A stretch of DNA of 64,000 nucleotides from Chloroflexota bacterium (GCA_963662335.2 CAXXVD010000004.1:128001-192000); one strand, 5' to 3'. Positions 10,325 through 20,656 are shown, numbered from the stretch's first letter. Notes: generated by a model from the sequence alone, not told the origin. A program made the numbers and translations.

Positions 10325-11044
10325 ATGATTTCACGCCACGAGAAGCCGGCCTACGTGCGGCGCATGTTCGACGCCATCGCGCCGACGTACGACTTCATGA
10401 ACACGGTCATGACGGCCGGCGCGCACCATCTCTGGCGGCGCGCGGTGGCGCGCCAGATCGTAGAAGATGATCCCCAGGTCGTACTGGACCTGGCCTGCGG
10501 CACCGGCGACCTCAGCTTTGCCGTCATGCGGGAAGCCATGGCCCCGTGCACGATCCTGGGCGCGGATTTCTCACGTCCCATGCTCGAACTGGCCCAGCGG
10601 AAGCACGCGCGCCTGCCGGAACAACGCTTTCCCATCACGTTCATGTGTGCGGACGGGTTGGCGCTCCCGCTGCCGGACGCCAGCGTTGACGTGGTGACGA
10701 ACGCGTTTCTGCTGCGCAATCTGGTTGACCTGCACGAGTTCTTCAGTGAGTGCGAGCGCGTGCTGCGGCCCGGCGGCAAGCTCATCTCATTGGAAATTAC
10801 CCACCCACCGTATCCGGGGTTTCGCCAGGCCTTCCAACTCTACTTCAACAACGTCGTGCCGCTGCTGGGCAAGTTGCTGGTGCGCCACTTGGAAGCGTAT
10901 ACGTACCTGCCCACGTCGCTGCAACCCTTCCCGGACGCGCCCGCCCTGGCGCAAGTCCTACGCGCCGCCGGCTACGCGGAGGTTTCGTACCGCTACCTTG
11001 GCTTGGGCACAGTAGCCGTGCACAGCGCAAGTAAGGTATCCTAG
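10325..11044 (+). CDS. menG: Demethylmenaquinone methyltransferase (UbiE/MenG)
   Basis: MFDAIAPTYDFMN, LDLACGTGD, LRN, YTYLPTS. Confidence 0.92.
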   Translation: MISRHEKPAYVRRMFDAIAPTYDFMNTVMTAGAHHLWRRAVARQIVEDDPQVVLDLACGTGDLSFAVMREAMAPCTILGADFSRPMLELAQRKHARLPEQRFPITFMCADGLALPLPDASVDVVTNAFLLRNLVDLHEFFSECERVLRPGGKLISLEITHPPYPGFRQAFQLYFNNVVPLLGKLLVRHLEAYTYLPTSLQPFPDAPALAQVLRAAGYAEVSYRYLGLGTVAVHSASKVS

Positions 11045-11097
11045 CGGGAGACTGAACTGACGAGCAATCCGCCTACCCACAAAAGGAGAATGAACCC

Positions 11098-12264
11098 ATG
11101 AAACGACGCCTCAGCCTGGCGGCACTTCTTGCCTTCCTCTTTGCGCTCATCGCCGCGCCGGCCGCGTTTGCGGCCGACTTTCGCGTCGATACCGATATTA
11201 CGATCGCCAAGGGCGAAGTCATCGACGACGACCTCTACCTCTTCGGCACCACCATCGTCATCGACGGCACGGTCAACGGCAACGTCATCGTCGCCGGCAC
11301 GACGGTGAAGATCAACGGCACGGTGAATGGCGCCGCCGACATTGCCGCCACAGACCTGGTGGTCAACGGCGTGGTTTCACAGAGCGTACGCGCAGCCGCG
11401 AATAGCGTGACGATTGTAGGCTCCATTGGCGAGGACCTTCTGCTGGCCGCCAACACCGCGGAAATCGGCGCCGACGCCGGCATTGGCCGCGACCTGATCG
11501 CGTATGCAAACACGCTGACGCTGGACGGCGCGGTGGAGCGGCGTTTGAGCGGCGGCATGGGAACGCTGAACCTGAACGGCGCCGTGGGCACGGATGTTGA
11601 CATCGACGTGGACAGCCTCGTCATTGCGGACGGCGCACGCATAGGCCGCGACCTCACCTATCGCTCGAACGAGGCGGCCGAAATTGCCTCCGGCGCGCAA
11701 ATCGGCGGCGAGATTACGGCTGAAGAATCGGCCGTCACGGACGTGGAAGAGGGCTTCTCGTTTGACTCGTACGTGCCCGCCGTCATCGGCCTCCTGATGG
11801 CGGTGGTCTACGGCACTGTGCTGCTCTTCGGCTTCCCCCGACTCACGGTGGCAGCCTCGAACCAGTTGATTGGCAGCCCGCTGCTGAGCCTGGGCCTGGG
11901 CGTGGTCTTCCTCATCGTGGTGCCGATACTCTCCGTGATCGTGATGATTACGGTTGTCGGCATTCCGCTGGGAATTGTTGCGCTGCTGCTCTACGGCATC
12001 GCGCTCTTTTCGGGTCAAGTGTTCGTGGGCATGTCCATCGGTAGGCTGATCTTCAGCTTCTTCACCGACGCCAATCGCCGCCTCATTCAGTTTGTGGGAC
12101 TGCTGCTCGGCTTGATAATACTCTTCGCGCTCGGCTTCATTCCCTACGTCGGCGCGTGGATTCCGCTGCTGGTGGCGATATTCGGCTTGGGCGGCTTGAT
12201 GGTGGCGCTCGGCCGGCTGCGCCAGGAGCCGGCGCGGGCCGGGTCGGCGCCGGCTGAAGGATAG
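11098..12264 (+). CDS. Exported bactofilin-like beta-helix repeat protein with C-terminal multi-TM region
   Basis: Signal peptide, repeated 'I-x-G-x-V-x-G-D/N' units, about 4-5 hydrophobic helices. Confidence 0.75.
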   Translation: MKRRLSLAALLAFLFALIAAPAAFAADFRVDTDITIAKGEVIDDDLYLFGTTIVIDGTVNGNVIVAGTTVKINGTVNGAADIAATDLVVNGVVSQSVRAAANSVTIVGSIGEDLLLAANTAEIGADAGIGRDLIAYANTLTLDGAVERRLSGGMGTLNLNGAVGTDVDIDVDSLVIADGARIGRDLTYRSNEAAEIASGAQIGGEITAEESAVTDVEEGFSFDSYVPAVIGLLMAVVYGTVLLFGFPRLTVAASNQLIGSPLLSLGLGVVFLIVVPILSVIVMITVVGIPLGIVALLLYGIALFSGQVFVGMSIGRLIFSFFTDANRRLIQFVGLLLGLIILFALGFIPYVGAWIPLLVAIFGLGGLMVALGRLRQEPARAGSAPAEG

Positions 12265-12269
12265 GCCTT

Positions 12270-13322
12270 GTGCGGAAGGGAGTAGCCGCCGCCGGTTGCA
12301 CGGCGGCGGGACTCACCTTCGACTCCGCTCCCTCCCGCCAAGCCTGGGACGAATTCGTCAGCGCCGGGGGCGGTCAACTGCTCCAAAGCTGGGCGTGGGG
12401 CGAATTCAAGGCCCGCACCGGATGGCAAACGGCGCGCATGGTGTGCCTGCGCGACGGGCGGCCCGTCGCGGCCGCCCAGTGGCTGCGGCGGCGCGTGCCG
12501 TTGCTGGGCGCGCTGGCGTACGTGCCCCGGGGGCCGGTGGTGGCGCGGGACGAATTCGCGCTGGTTGCGCCGTTGCTGCGGCAAGTCGCGCTGGCTGCGC
12601 GGCGCGCGGGCGCGTTCGGCCTGTGGCTCGAACCACCGTGGGAGAAAGAGAGCGGCCCGGCGCTACCGCCCGGGTATGCCGCCACTGCCCAGTACATACA
12701 GCCCCAGGCCACCGGCCTCGTCGATCTCCGTCCGCCGTGCGACGCCGTGCTCAGCGGATTCCACGGCAGTATGCGCCGCAATATCCGCTTGGCCGTGCGG
12801 CGCGGCCTGGAAGTGCGTGAAGGAAGCGGCGAGAGCGACTGGCGCGAGTTCTACGCGCTCTTGACGGAGACGGCCGCGCGCGACGAATTCGGCATTCATA
12901 CGTGGCCCTACTTCGCGGCGATGCGCGAGACCCTGGAGGAGCCGGGGATTGCCACGCTATTTTTGGCCGAGCACGGCGGCAAACCCGTAGGCGGCTTGCT
13001 GCTGACCGTGTACGGCGGTGTTGCCGCCTACCTCTTTGGCGCCAGCGCCACGCAGGCGAGAGACCTGCGGGTGGGCCACGGCTTGCAGTGGCGCGCCATG
13101 TGTTGGGCTAAGGAACGCGGCTGCCACACCTACGATCTCTGGGGTATGCCGGCCGCAGCCGGCGCGGACGCTCCTCTCGCCGGGGTCTACCGTTTCAAGC
13201 AAGGGTTCTCGCCCCAGGTTGTCAGCTACGCCCCCACGGCGGTTGCCGCGCTCGATGCGCGCCGCTTCTGGCTTTGGCAGCGGCTCGCGCCGCTGGCGCG
13301 CAAAATCCTGCCCGGGCTCTAG
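12270..13322 (+). CDS. FemAB/FemX family peptidyltransferase
   Basis: LLQSWAWGEFK, YVPRGP, YDLWG, GVYRFKQGF. Confidence 0.9.
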   Translation: MRKGVAAAGCTAAGLTFDSAPSRQAWDEFVSAGGGQLLQSWAWGEFKARTGWQTARMVCLRDGRPVAAAQWLRRRVPLLGALAYVPRGPVVARDEFALVAPLLRQVALAARRAGAFGLWLEPPWEKESGPALPPGYAATAQYIQPQATGLVDLRPPCDAVLSGFHGSMRRNIRLAVRRGLEVREGSGESDWREFYALLTETAARDEFGIHTWPYFAAMRETLEEPGIATLFLAEHGGKPVGGLLLTVYGGVAAYLFGASATQARDLRVGHGLQWRAMCWAKERGCHTYDLWGMPAAAGADAPLAGVYRFKQGFSPQVVSYAPTAVAALDARRFWLWQRLAPLARKILPGL

Positions 13323-13362
13323 AGACCTTTCACACTCGACGCGCCTCGTTGGTTGCAACGCT

Positions 13363-14403
13363 TTGAAGTCTTCCTCTCTCAACGTCATCACAAACGTCGC
13401 CCAAGTTGCGTGGACGGAGGCCTTGTCGACTCTGCCGCCCCCGCATTTCCTCCAAACCTGGGAGTGGGGCGCGCTCAAGGCGCGCTACGGCTGGCGCGTC
13501 CAGCGCTTCCTCTATGAGCGAGACGGCCAGGTCGTTGCCGCCTGCACAGTGCTCACCCGCCGTCTCGCTCCGCTGCCGTGGACCATTGCCTACGTCCCCA
13601 AAGGCCCCCTGCTAGACTACGCCGGCACGGCCCTGTTCGAGGCGGTGCTCGAGCACGTTGCCGCCGTCGCCGGGGCGGCGCGGGCCGCGTACGTAAAAGT
13701 CGATCCCGATTTCTCCGCCAAAAACCGGCAGGCGCAGCGCATCTACCGGCGGCGCGGCTGGCGGGCGAGTGAGGAGCAGATTCAGTTTCCCCACACCGCC
13801 GTGCTCGACCTCAGTCCCGGGCCGGAGGCGCTGCTGGCCACCATGAAACCGAAGACGCGCTACAATATCCGCTTGGCGGGCCGCCGGGGCGTGGAAATCG
13901 AGCCAACGACCGACTGGCAGACGCTCTTCACGCTCTACGCGGAGACCGCGCGGCGCGACGGCTTTGCCATCCGCGAAGAGGGCTACTACCACGCGCTGTG
14001 GTCTGCCTTCCAGCAATCCGGCCAGGGGGAAGCCTTCGTGGCGCGCGTTGAAGGCGAGGCCGTGGCCGGACTCTTCCTCATGCATACCGGCGACACCGGC
14101 TGGTTCTTCACCGGCGCTTCCTCACAGCGACAGCGGGAGAAAATGCCCAACTACCTGCTCCAGTGGCACGCCATCCAATGGCTCAGCGCGCGCGGCTACC
14201 GCCGGTATGACTTGTGGGGCGCGCCCGACGTGTCGGATGACGACGATCCACTGTGGGGCGTCTACCGCTTCAAACAAGGCTTTGGCGCGCGCTACGCGCC
14301 GGGTCTCGGCGCGTACGACCGTGTGTTGAACCGCCCGCTCTACTACGCCTTAACACAGGTCATGCCTCGGTATTGGCGGCTGCGCCGCCGCCTTCTCCGC
14401 TAG
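13363..14403 (+). CDS. FemAB/FemX family peptidyltransferase, second paralog (start approximate)
   Basis: HFLQTWEWG, YVPKGP, KTRYNIR, YDLWG, GVYRFKQGF. Confidence 0.9.
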   Translation: MKSSSLNVITNVAQVAWTEALSTLPPPHFLQTWEWGALKARYGWRVQRFLYERDGQVVAACTVLTRRLAPLPWTIAYVPKGPLLDYAGTALFEAVLEHVAAVAGAARAAYVKVDPDFSAKNRQAQRIYRRRGWRASEEQIQFPHTAVLDLSPGPEALLATMKPKTRYNIRLAGRRGVEIEPTTDWQTLFTLYAETARRDGFAIREEGYYHALWSAFQQSGQGEAFVARVEGEAVAGLFLMHTGDTGWFFTGASSQRQREKMPNYLLQWHAIQWLSARGYRRYDLWGAPDVSDDDDPLWGVYRFKQGFGARYAPGLGAYDRVLNRPLYYALTQVMPRYWRLRRRLLR

Positions 14404-14532
14404 ATCTTGCCGCGCTTGGCCGTTGCTTGACCGCGAGGGCGTCGCTTGGCCGCGAAGGCGTCGCTTGACCGCAAGTGCGGCGTACACTACCATGCGCGCG
14501 TACACTTCTTCGATCCCTGGGAGCAATTGGCA

Positions 14533-15903
14533 GTGGCCAGAATCGCCTTCATCGGCGCCGGCAGCGTGACCTTCGCGCGACGCATCCTGACCGACGTCCT
14601 CACCTGGCCGGAACAGAGCGAGAGCGCGCTGGCCCTCATGGACGTCGACGCCGAGACACTCGCGATCACGGGTCAATTCGTCGCGCAACTCATCCGCGAG
14701 CAGAATCTTGGCGCAACCGTCACGACCACACTCGACCGGCGGGAAGCGCTGGCCGGCGCCGATTACGTGATTACGGCCATTGACGTGGGCGGCCAGCCGC
14801 TGCGCATGAAGGACTGGCAGATTCCCGCGCAATACGGCGTCTACCAGACGGTAGCCGACACCCTTGGCCCCGGCGGCGTCTTTCGCGGTCTGCGCACCGC
14901 GCCGGTGCTCGCGTCAATCGCGCAAGACATGGAGGAGCTTTGCCCCGACGCCCTGCTCATCAATTACGCCAACCCCATGAACATCAACATGTGGCTCATC
15001 GGCGCTACCAGCGGCATTCGCGCCGTAGGGCTCTGCCACAGCGTGCAGGGCACGGCCGGCCAGCTTGCCGGCTACCTGGGCCTGGAACCGGATGACGTGT
15101 CGTACTGGGTGGCCGGCATCAATCACCAGGCGTGGTTTTTGCAACTCCGCCGCGACACCTATCGCGGGGATGACCTCTACCCGCGCCTGCGCGCGGCGCT
15201 GGACGACCCGGAAATATACGCCAAAGACAGCGTGCGCTTCGAGGTTCTGCGCCACTTCAACTATTTCGTCACCGAGTCGAGCCACCATATGTCGGAGTAC
15301 ACGCCGTGGTTTCGCCGCACGGCCGCGGACCGCGCGCGCTTCATGCCCGTACACTTGAGGCGCTGGGCGGAGCAGAATGACGTGGCGCGAGACGAACGCG
15401 GGCGGATTCTGGATGAGGAAGCGCAAATACGCGAAGCCTTCATGTACGCGCGGCAGGAGCGGCGGGAGGACTACTTCGCAAAGCTGCGCCAAGACCTGGA
15501 AAGCCCCGAACCGCTGCCTTTCAACCGCACCCACGAGTACTGCTCGTTCATACTCCACGCCGTCGAGACCAATTCGCCCTATCGCTTCAACGGCAACGTC
15601 CCAAACACCGGCTTGATTACTAATCTTCCCCCGGGTTGCAACGTGGAAGTCCCAATCCTGGTGGACGGCGCCGGCATGCATCCGTGCTACGTCGGCGATT
15701 TGCCCGCCCAGTGCGCCGCTATCAACCGCACCAACGTCAACGTGCAAGAACTGACCGTGCAGGCGCTCGTGGAGCAAGACCGGCGCCGCGTCTACGAGGC
15801 GATTGCGCTCGACCCGCTCACCACAACCCAGTGCTCGCTGGAAGACGTGCGCGCCATGACCGACCAACTCTTTGAGGCAAGCGCGGATTTCTTGACGATC
15901 TAG
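14533..15903 (+). CDS. GH4 NAD-dependent alpha-galactosidase/glucosidase (MelA-like)
   Basis: IAFIGAGS, DTLGPGG, INYANP, GLCHSVQ, GINHQAW, TESSHHMSEY. Confidence 0.92.
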   Translation: MARIAFIGAGSVTFARRILTDVLTWPEQSESALALMDVDAETLAITGQFVAQLIREQNLGATVTTTLDRREALAGADYVITAIDVGGQPLRMKDWQIPAQYGVYQTVADTLGPGGVFRGLRTAPVLASIAQDMEELCPDALLINYANPMNINMWLIGATSGIRAVGLCHSVQGTAGQLAGYLGLEPDDVSYWVAGINHQAWFLQLRRDTYRGDDLYPRLRAALDDPEIYAKDSVRFEVLRHFNYFVTESSHHMSEYTPWFRRTAADRARFMPVHLRRWAEQNDVARDERGRILDEEAQIREAFMYARQERREDYFAKLRQDLESPEPLPFNRTHEYCSFILHAVETNSPYRFNGNVPNTGLITNLPPGCNVEVPILVDGAGMHPCYVGDLPAQCAAINRTNVNVQELTVQALVEQDRRRVYEAIALDPLTTTQCSLEDVRAMTDQLFEASADFLTI

Positions 15904-15916
15904 GTGCGGGCGCGCA

Positions 15917-15944
15917 TAGATTCCTCGCTGCGCTCGGAATGACA
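15917..15944. repeat. TGTC/CGTC-type palindromic repeat arm
   Basis: TAGATTCCTCGCTGCGCTCGGAATGACA identical to 38979-39006. Confidence 0.8.
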
Positions 15945-16075
15945 TACGTTGCCAACGATGGCTATTGGTCAGGAGAATCTGTCAACGAATTAGTCAGCAC
16001 TTACTGGAATGACAGGGAGCGTAGTCCCGCCTTCCGTAGCGCTCATGCTCACTATTCTCACATAGGTCACGTGCC

Positions 16076-16465
16076 ATGGACGATGAACGCAACCGCGCCG
16101 CGGCCCACGAGGAACCGCCGGAACATCAGGCGCAAGCGCCCGGACCGGCCGGTCCCGTAGACAGGACGGCCGAGGGCTTTCCCATTTGCCAGTGGTGCGG
16201 CGGCGCGATTACGGCAAAAGACGACCTGGTCGTTGCCGAGAACGAGACCGGCGTGCCGGCCCGCATCGCGCCGGTGGGCTACACCGCGCCGCGCACGTTC
16301 GGCGCCTATCACCGCGACTGCCATGCCGAAGCCGCCGAAGAGGGCTTTGGCGAGCCGCCGCCGACCGGCACAGGCACGTTCTGGACGCCGGTCAACGTCG
16401 CCATCGTTTGCGCCAGCCTGCTGCTAATCCTCATTGTGCTGCTCGTTGCGGTCTTTCCGCGGTAG
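16076..16465 (+). CDS. Hypothetical protein with CxxC...HxxC motif and C-terminal TM helix
   Basis: CQWC...HRDC and hydrophobic tail. Confidence 0.6.
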   Translation: MDDERNRAAAHEEPPEHQAQAPGPAGPVDRTAEGFPICQWCGGAITAKDDLVVAENETGVPARIAPVGYTAPRTFGAYHRDCHAEAAEEGFGEPPPTGTGTFWTPVNVAIVCASLLLILIVLLVAVFPR

Positions 16466-16480
16466 CACCCGCGCCCGCAC

Positions 16481-16509
16481 TTGACGGCATCGCGGGCATA
16501 GCGTAGACT
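16481..16509 (+). promoter_or_regulatory. Sigma70-type promoter for sugar ABC ATPase
   Basis: TTGACG-17nt-TAGACT. Confidence 0.65.
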
Positions 16510-16650
16510 TCACGTAAGCTGTGCTGGGCGCAGGCGTGCCGCTTTGCGCGTCTACCCGCTCAGGCGCAGGAGGACAGCAAATATCCGTCGTGTTGGAAAG
16601 CACGACACCGGGCGGCAAGAACCGCAAGCGCACAGAAGGAGGCGCCGCAG

Positions 16651-17760
16651 ATGGCTAGCGTAACCCTTGAAGCCGTGACAAAGCGCTTTGGCGAAGTTGT
16701 CGCGGTGAGCAACATGAACCTGGAAGTGAAGGACAAGGAGTTCCTGGTCCTGGTCGGGCCGTCCGGCTGCGGCAAGTCGACCACGCTGCGCATGATTGCG
16801 GGGCTTGAAGAGATCACCGAGGGCAGCCTCTTCATCGGCGACCGCTTGGTCAACGACGTGCCGCCGAAGGACCGGGACATCGCCATGGTGTTCCAGTCCT
16901 ACGCGCTCTACCCGCACATGTCGGTGTACGACAACCTGGCCTTCGGTCTGCGGCTGCGCCGCACGCCCAAGAAAGAGATCGACCGCCGGGTGCGTGAGAG
17001 CGCGGAAATGCTCGGCATCGGCGAACTGCTCAACCGCAAGCCGCGGCAGCTTTCCGGCGGCCAACGGCAGCGTGTGGCGTTGGGACGCGCCATCGTGCGC
17101 GACCCGGCCGTCTTCTTGATGGACGAGCCGCTCTCCAACCTCGACGCCAAACTGCGCGTTACCACGCGCGCGGAGCTCATCAAGCTCCACCGCCGCTTGG
17201 AGACCACCACCATCTACGTTACCCACGACCAGGTGGAAGCGATGACGATGGGGCACCGCATCGCCGTGATGCGCGACGGTGTCTTGCAGCAACTGGACTC
17301 GCCGCAGAACATCTACGACCACCCCTCCAATATGTTCGTAGCCGGTTTCATTGGCAGCCCGGCGATGAACTTCCAGGAGGCGACGCTCTCCGGCGACGCC
17401 GACGAGATGTGGGTGGAAACCAGCGGCTTCAAGCTCCGCTGGCCGCCCGACAAGGCCGCCAAGTTGGCCAAGGCCGAGGCTGACCGGGTCTACTTTGGCT
17501 GGCGGCCCGAGGACATGTTCGACCCGCGCTTCCGCCCGGCCGCGCTCGACGTTACCGAGGGCAACTCGATGACGGCCCGCGTAGACGTGGTGGAGACCCT
17601 GGGCTCCGAGATGTACGTCTACTGCTTGGCCGGCGACATCGACTTCGTGGCCCGGCTCGACCCGCGCGCCGAAGCCATCGTTGGCCGCGACATCGAGATG
17701 GTAGTTGACGTGGACAAGTGCCACGCCTTCGACATGCGGACGCAAGAGTCGATCTTCTAG
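16651..17760 (+). CDS. Carbohydrate ABC transporter ATPase (MsmX/MalK/UgpC family)
   Basis: GPSGCGKS, LSGGQRQR, MDEPLSNLDAKLR, TOBE-like C-terminus. Confidence 0.97.
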   Translation: MASVTLEAVTKRFGEVVAVSNMNLEVKDKEFLVLVGPSGCGKSTTLRMIAGLEEITEGSLFIGDRLVNDVPPKDRDIAMVFQSYALYPHMSVYDNLAFGLRLRRTPKKEIDRRVRESAEMLGIGELLNRKPRQLSGGQRQRVALGRAIVRDPAVFLMDEPLSNLDAKLRVTTRAELIKLHRRLETTTIYVTHDQVEAMTMGHRIAVMRDGVLQQLDSPQNIYDHPSNMFVAGFIGSPAMNFQEATLSGDADEMWVETSGFKLRWPPDKAAKLAKAEADRVYFGWRPEDMFDPRFRPAALDVTEGNSMTARVDVVETLGSEMYVYCLAGDIDFVARLDPRAEAIVGRDIEMVVDVDKCHAFDMRTQESIF

Positions 17761-17819
17761 TTCAGGCAACATCCGCTGCCTGCCGGTGCTGCACCGGCGG
17801 CGCAACTAAGCCGAAAAAG

Positions 17820-17851
17820 AGAGAGGAGGCGGGAATTCCTGCCTCCTCTCT
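17820..17851. terminator. Bidirectional terminator hairpin between convergent genes
   Basis: AGAGAGGAGGCGGG-AATT-CCTGCCTCCTCTCT inverted repeat, preceded by an A-run. Confidence 0.8.
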
Positions 17852-17876
17852 TGATTTGCATACGTGCGCGGCGCGG

Positions 17877-18446
17877 CTATACCGGCAACTCCCAGAGCGC
17901 GTACCACTTGGATTGATCCCCTTCCAGCGGCAGTTCGCCGTCGGCAACGGCCTGCATCCGCAGTTCCAGCGCATTATCCCGCGTGCGTGCACCCGTCGGC
18001 GCAAATGGGTAGAACGACCCGCGCTTGTAGTTGTAGAGCCAGTAGAGTCCGGAATTCTCCATGTCCTTGAAGTGGAACGCCGCCGCCAGCAACTGGTCGC
18101 GGTAGCCGTGTTCGGACAACGTCAGGCTCACCATGTGAATCGTGGTCACCAGGTCCTCGAAATCGGGGTCTTCCAGCACCACCCAGTGGTAGCCGAACGA
18201 GTCTTCTTTGATGAGCGTATCCGTGCCCGTCTCTTTGCCGCTGACGTGCAGCAAGTCGGCAAGTTCGCGCTGCAATCCGGCAAACTGGCTTGACGAGAGC
18301 GACCGGAAGCAGATGCCGGCGCTGCCGGTGCTCTCCAGCCCGTTGCTGGCGGCGAACGCGAACGCGGCGGTGGAGATGCTCATCAGGCTTTCCAGGTGGG
18401 AGCGCACCGGCCGGCTGCGGCCCAGCAGCGCGTCCAAGAACTTCAC
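17877..18446 (-). CDS. PspA-associated protein PspAB-like
   Basis: FLDALLGR, DSFGYHW, YNYKRGSFYPFAP, RDNALE; coupled to htpX. Confidence 0.75.
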   Translation of the reverse strand: MKFLDALLGRSRPVRSHLESLMSISTAAFAFAASNGLESTGSAGICFRSLSSSQFAGLQRELADLLHVSGKETGTDTLIKEDSFGYHWVVLEDPDFEDLVTTIHMVSLTLSEHGYRDQLLAAAFHFKDMENSGLYWLYNYKRGSFYPFAPTGARTRDNALELRMQAVADGELPLEGDQSKWYALWELPV

Positions 18447-19348
18447 TACGCGCGCTCCATCTGCTGCTCCAACGCCGCCAGACGCTTCAGGCGGTTCTCC
18501 AGCGAGGGATGGGTGGATATGAGTTCCATCAAGGAATTCTTGCTGAGCGCGGGCATGATGAAGAACGCGTTGGCGCCCTCTACCTGCCGCAAGTCATCCT
18601 GCGGGATGCGCTGCATGCGGCCGCTGATCTTCAGCAGGGCGGAAGATAGATGCGAGGGCGCGCCGGTAAGCGCGGCGGAACCCCGGTCGGCGGCGTACTC
18701 CCGGTAGCGCGAGAGCGCCCGAATCAAGAAGAAACTCACGATCCAGACCAGCAGCGCCACGAAGTATACCATCATGATGGCCATTCCCGAGCTATCGCGG
18801 CCCCGGCCGCCAAAGCCGCCGAACAGCCCCATATAGAAACCGAGGCGCATGATCATGAAGGCCAGGGTGGAGAAGAAACTCGCCAGCGTGATGACCATAA
18901 CGTCGCGGTTCTTCACGTGGCTCAATTCATGGGCCAGCACCGCCTCCAATTCCTGGCGATTCAACTGATGCACCAGGCCGGTGGTCACGGCCACAACGGC
19001 GTGTTTGGGGTCTCTCCCCGTCGCAAAGGCGTTCGGCATCGCGTGTTCCACGATAGCGACGCGCGGCTTGGGAATGTCCGCCATGGCCGCGAGCCGTTCC
19101 ACCATCGCGTGCAGATCCGGGGCCTGCTCCGGCGTCACCTCTTTCGCGCCCATGGACCAGAGGATCATCTTGTCGCTAAAGAAGTACTGCGCGCCCAACA
19201 AGATGACCGCAAAGACGACCATCGTCATTGCGCCGGCCCCCAGCGACCAGAGCGCGGCCAAGAAGAAGACGTAGACCGCGCCAAGGAGAAAGATGGTAAC
19301 GAGCATGCGCACCTGCAGCCCGCCATCGCCAATCCACTTTCGCTGCAT
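18446..19348 (-). CDS. htpX: Zinc metalloprotease HtpX
   Basis: PNAFATG, AHELSHVKNRD, SRYREYAAD, STHP. Confidence 0.96.
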   Translation of the reverse strand: MQRKWIGDGGLQVRMLVTIFLLGAVYVFFLAALWSLGAGAMTMVVFAVILLGAQYFFSDKMILWSMGAKEVTPEQAPDLHAMVERLAAMADIPKPRVAIVEHAMPNAFATGRDPKHAVVAVTTGLVHQLNRQELEAVLAHELSHVKNRDVMVITLASFFSTLAFMIMRLGFYMGLFGGFGGRGRDSSGMAIMMVYFVALLVWIVSFFLIRALSRYREYAADRGSAALTGAPSHLSSALLKISGRMQRIPQDDLRQVEGANAFFIMPALSKNSLMELISTHPSLENRLKRLAALEQQMERA

Positions 19349-19630
19349 GAGTGTACTCCTGGTTTCGCTGAAGCGCTTGAAAACTTGGCTCTACATCGGG
19401 TAAAGCTCGCGTCGTAATGCGGCACACCGCGCGAGAGAACGCGGCCGGGCGCGGCGTTGCTCTTCTTTTCCAGTATACTTCAGTCCCGGCGCTTTGACCA
19501 TAGAGCAACACCGCTCCTGCGCCCTGACCCGCTCTCGCGCCGGCGCGAATGCATACTCGCCCGGAATTTGTTACAGTAGAGGCGTCGAGGCCGTTGTGAC
19601 GGGTTTGCGGGCGCCGCGGAGAGCCGAATT

Positions 19631-20368
19631 GTGGCCGGCATGAACATTGCGGACAGGATCGCGCAGGTACGGGAGCGCATCGCGGCGGCCGCGGCGCGCG
19701 CCGGGCGCGACCCGGCAGACGTAACCCTGGTAGCGGTGTCTAAAGGATTTGGCGCGGAGGTTGTCGCCCAAGCGGCCGCGGCCGGACTTACCGTATTCGG
19801 CGAAAATCGCGTGCAGGAGGCCGCGGCGAAGATTCCCGCGCTTCCCGCGTCGCTGGAGTGGCACATGCTTGGGCACGTCCAATCGAACAAGGCGCGGCAA
19901 GCGGTAGAACTCTTCGACTGCGTTCAGGCCGTGGACAGCGTCCGGCTGGCCGGGGCGCTGGCGCGTCGTGCGGCGGAACACGGCCATTGCCTGCCGATCC
20001 TGCTTCAGGTGAACGTCTCCGGCAAAGAGGGCCAGTTTGGGTTGCCGCCCGCCGCCGTGCCCGCGGCGGCCTGTGACATGGCGGCGCACGAGCATCTCCG
20101 CCTGGAGGGACTGATGGCGATTGCGTCTTTCACGGACGATGAGGCCACGCTCCGCGCCGAATTCCGGACGTTGCGCCGCCTGCGCGATGAGGTTCAGGCC
20201 AGTGTGCCCGGTCGCCTCTGCGCGGAACTCTCCATGGGCATGACGAACGACTATGCAATCGCCATCGAGGAGGGCGCAACCATCGTGCGGGTGGGCCGGG
20301 CGCTATTTGGCGAGCGCCCGCCGCTGCCGCAGAGAGTCGCGGCCGGAGCCGAGAGTCGAAGCGCCTAG
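19631..20368 (+). CDS. yggS: PLP homeostasis protein YggS (start 19631 or 19640)
   Basis: LVAVSK, FGENRVQE, LSMGMTND, VRVGRALFG. Confidence 0.95.
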   Translation: MAGMNIADRIAQVRERIAAAAARAGRDPADVTLVAVSKGFGAEVVAQAAAAGLTVFGENRVQEAAAKIPALPASLEWHMLGHVQSNKARQAVELFDCVQAVDSVRLAGALARRAAEHGHCLPILLQVNVSGKEGQFGLPPAAVPAAACDMAAHEHLRLEGLMAIASFTDDEATLRAEFRTLRRLRDEVQASVPGRLCAELSMGMTNDYAIAIEEGATIVRVGRALFGERPPLPQRVAAGAESRSA

Positions 20369-20392
20369 CACCGAGGTGGAAATCCAGAGAGC

Positions 20393-20653
20393 ATGATCGA
20401 AATAATCTGCCAGTTCATCCACTTTCTCACGCTCGCGTTGATCTTTGCCATCATTGCGCGCGCCCTGGCCTCGTGGTTCATTCAGGATCCCGGCAATCCC
20501 ATCATCGCGATGCTCAACGACATCACGGAGCCGGTCGTGGGCCCGGTGCGCCGCTTCATGCCCAACACGGGCATGATCGACTTCTCACCCTTGGTAGCGC
20601 TCCTTCTCCTCCAGATCTTGCGCACCGTCTTGCGCTCGCTGATCGGCTGTTGA
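20393..20653 (+). CDS. yggT: YggT family membrane protein
   Basis: ITEPVVGPVRRFMP..GMIDFSP. Confidence 0.93.
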   Translation: MIEIICQFIHFLTLALIFAIIARALASWFIQDPGNPIIAMLNDITEPVVGPVRRFMPNTGMIDFSPLVALLLLQILRTVLRSLIGC

Positions 20654-20656
20654 CGA

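Noticed and set aside
229-17805. Long antisense ORFs (e.g. 229-1461, 5148-6713, 14914-15945, 16552-17805)
   Set aside because: Shadow frames of GC-rich genes with clear motifs on the opposite strand.
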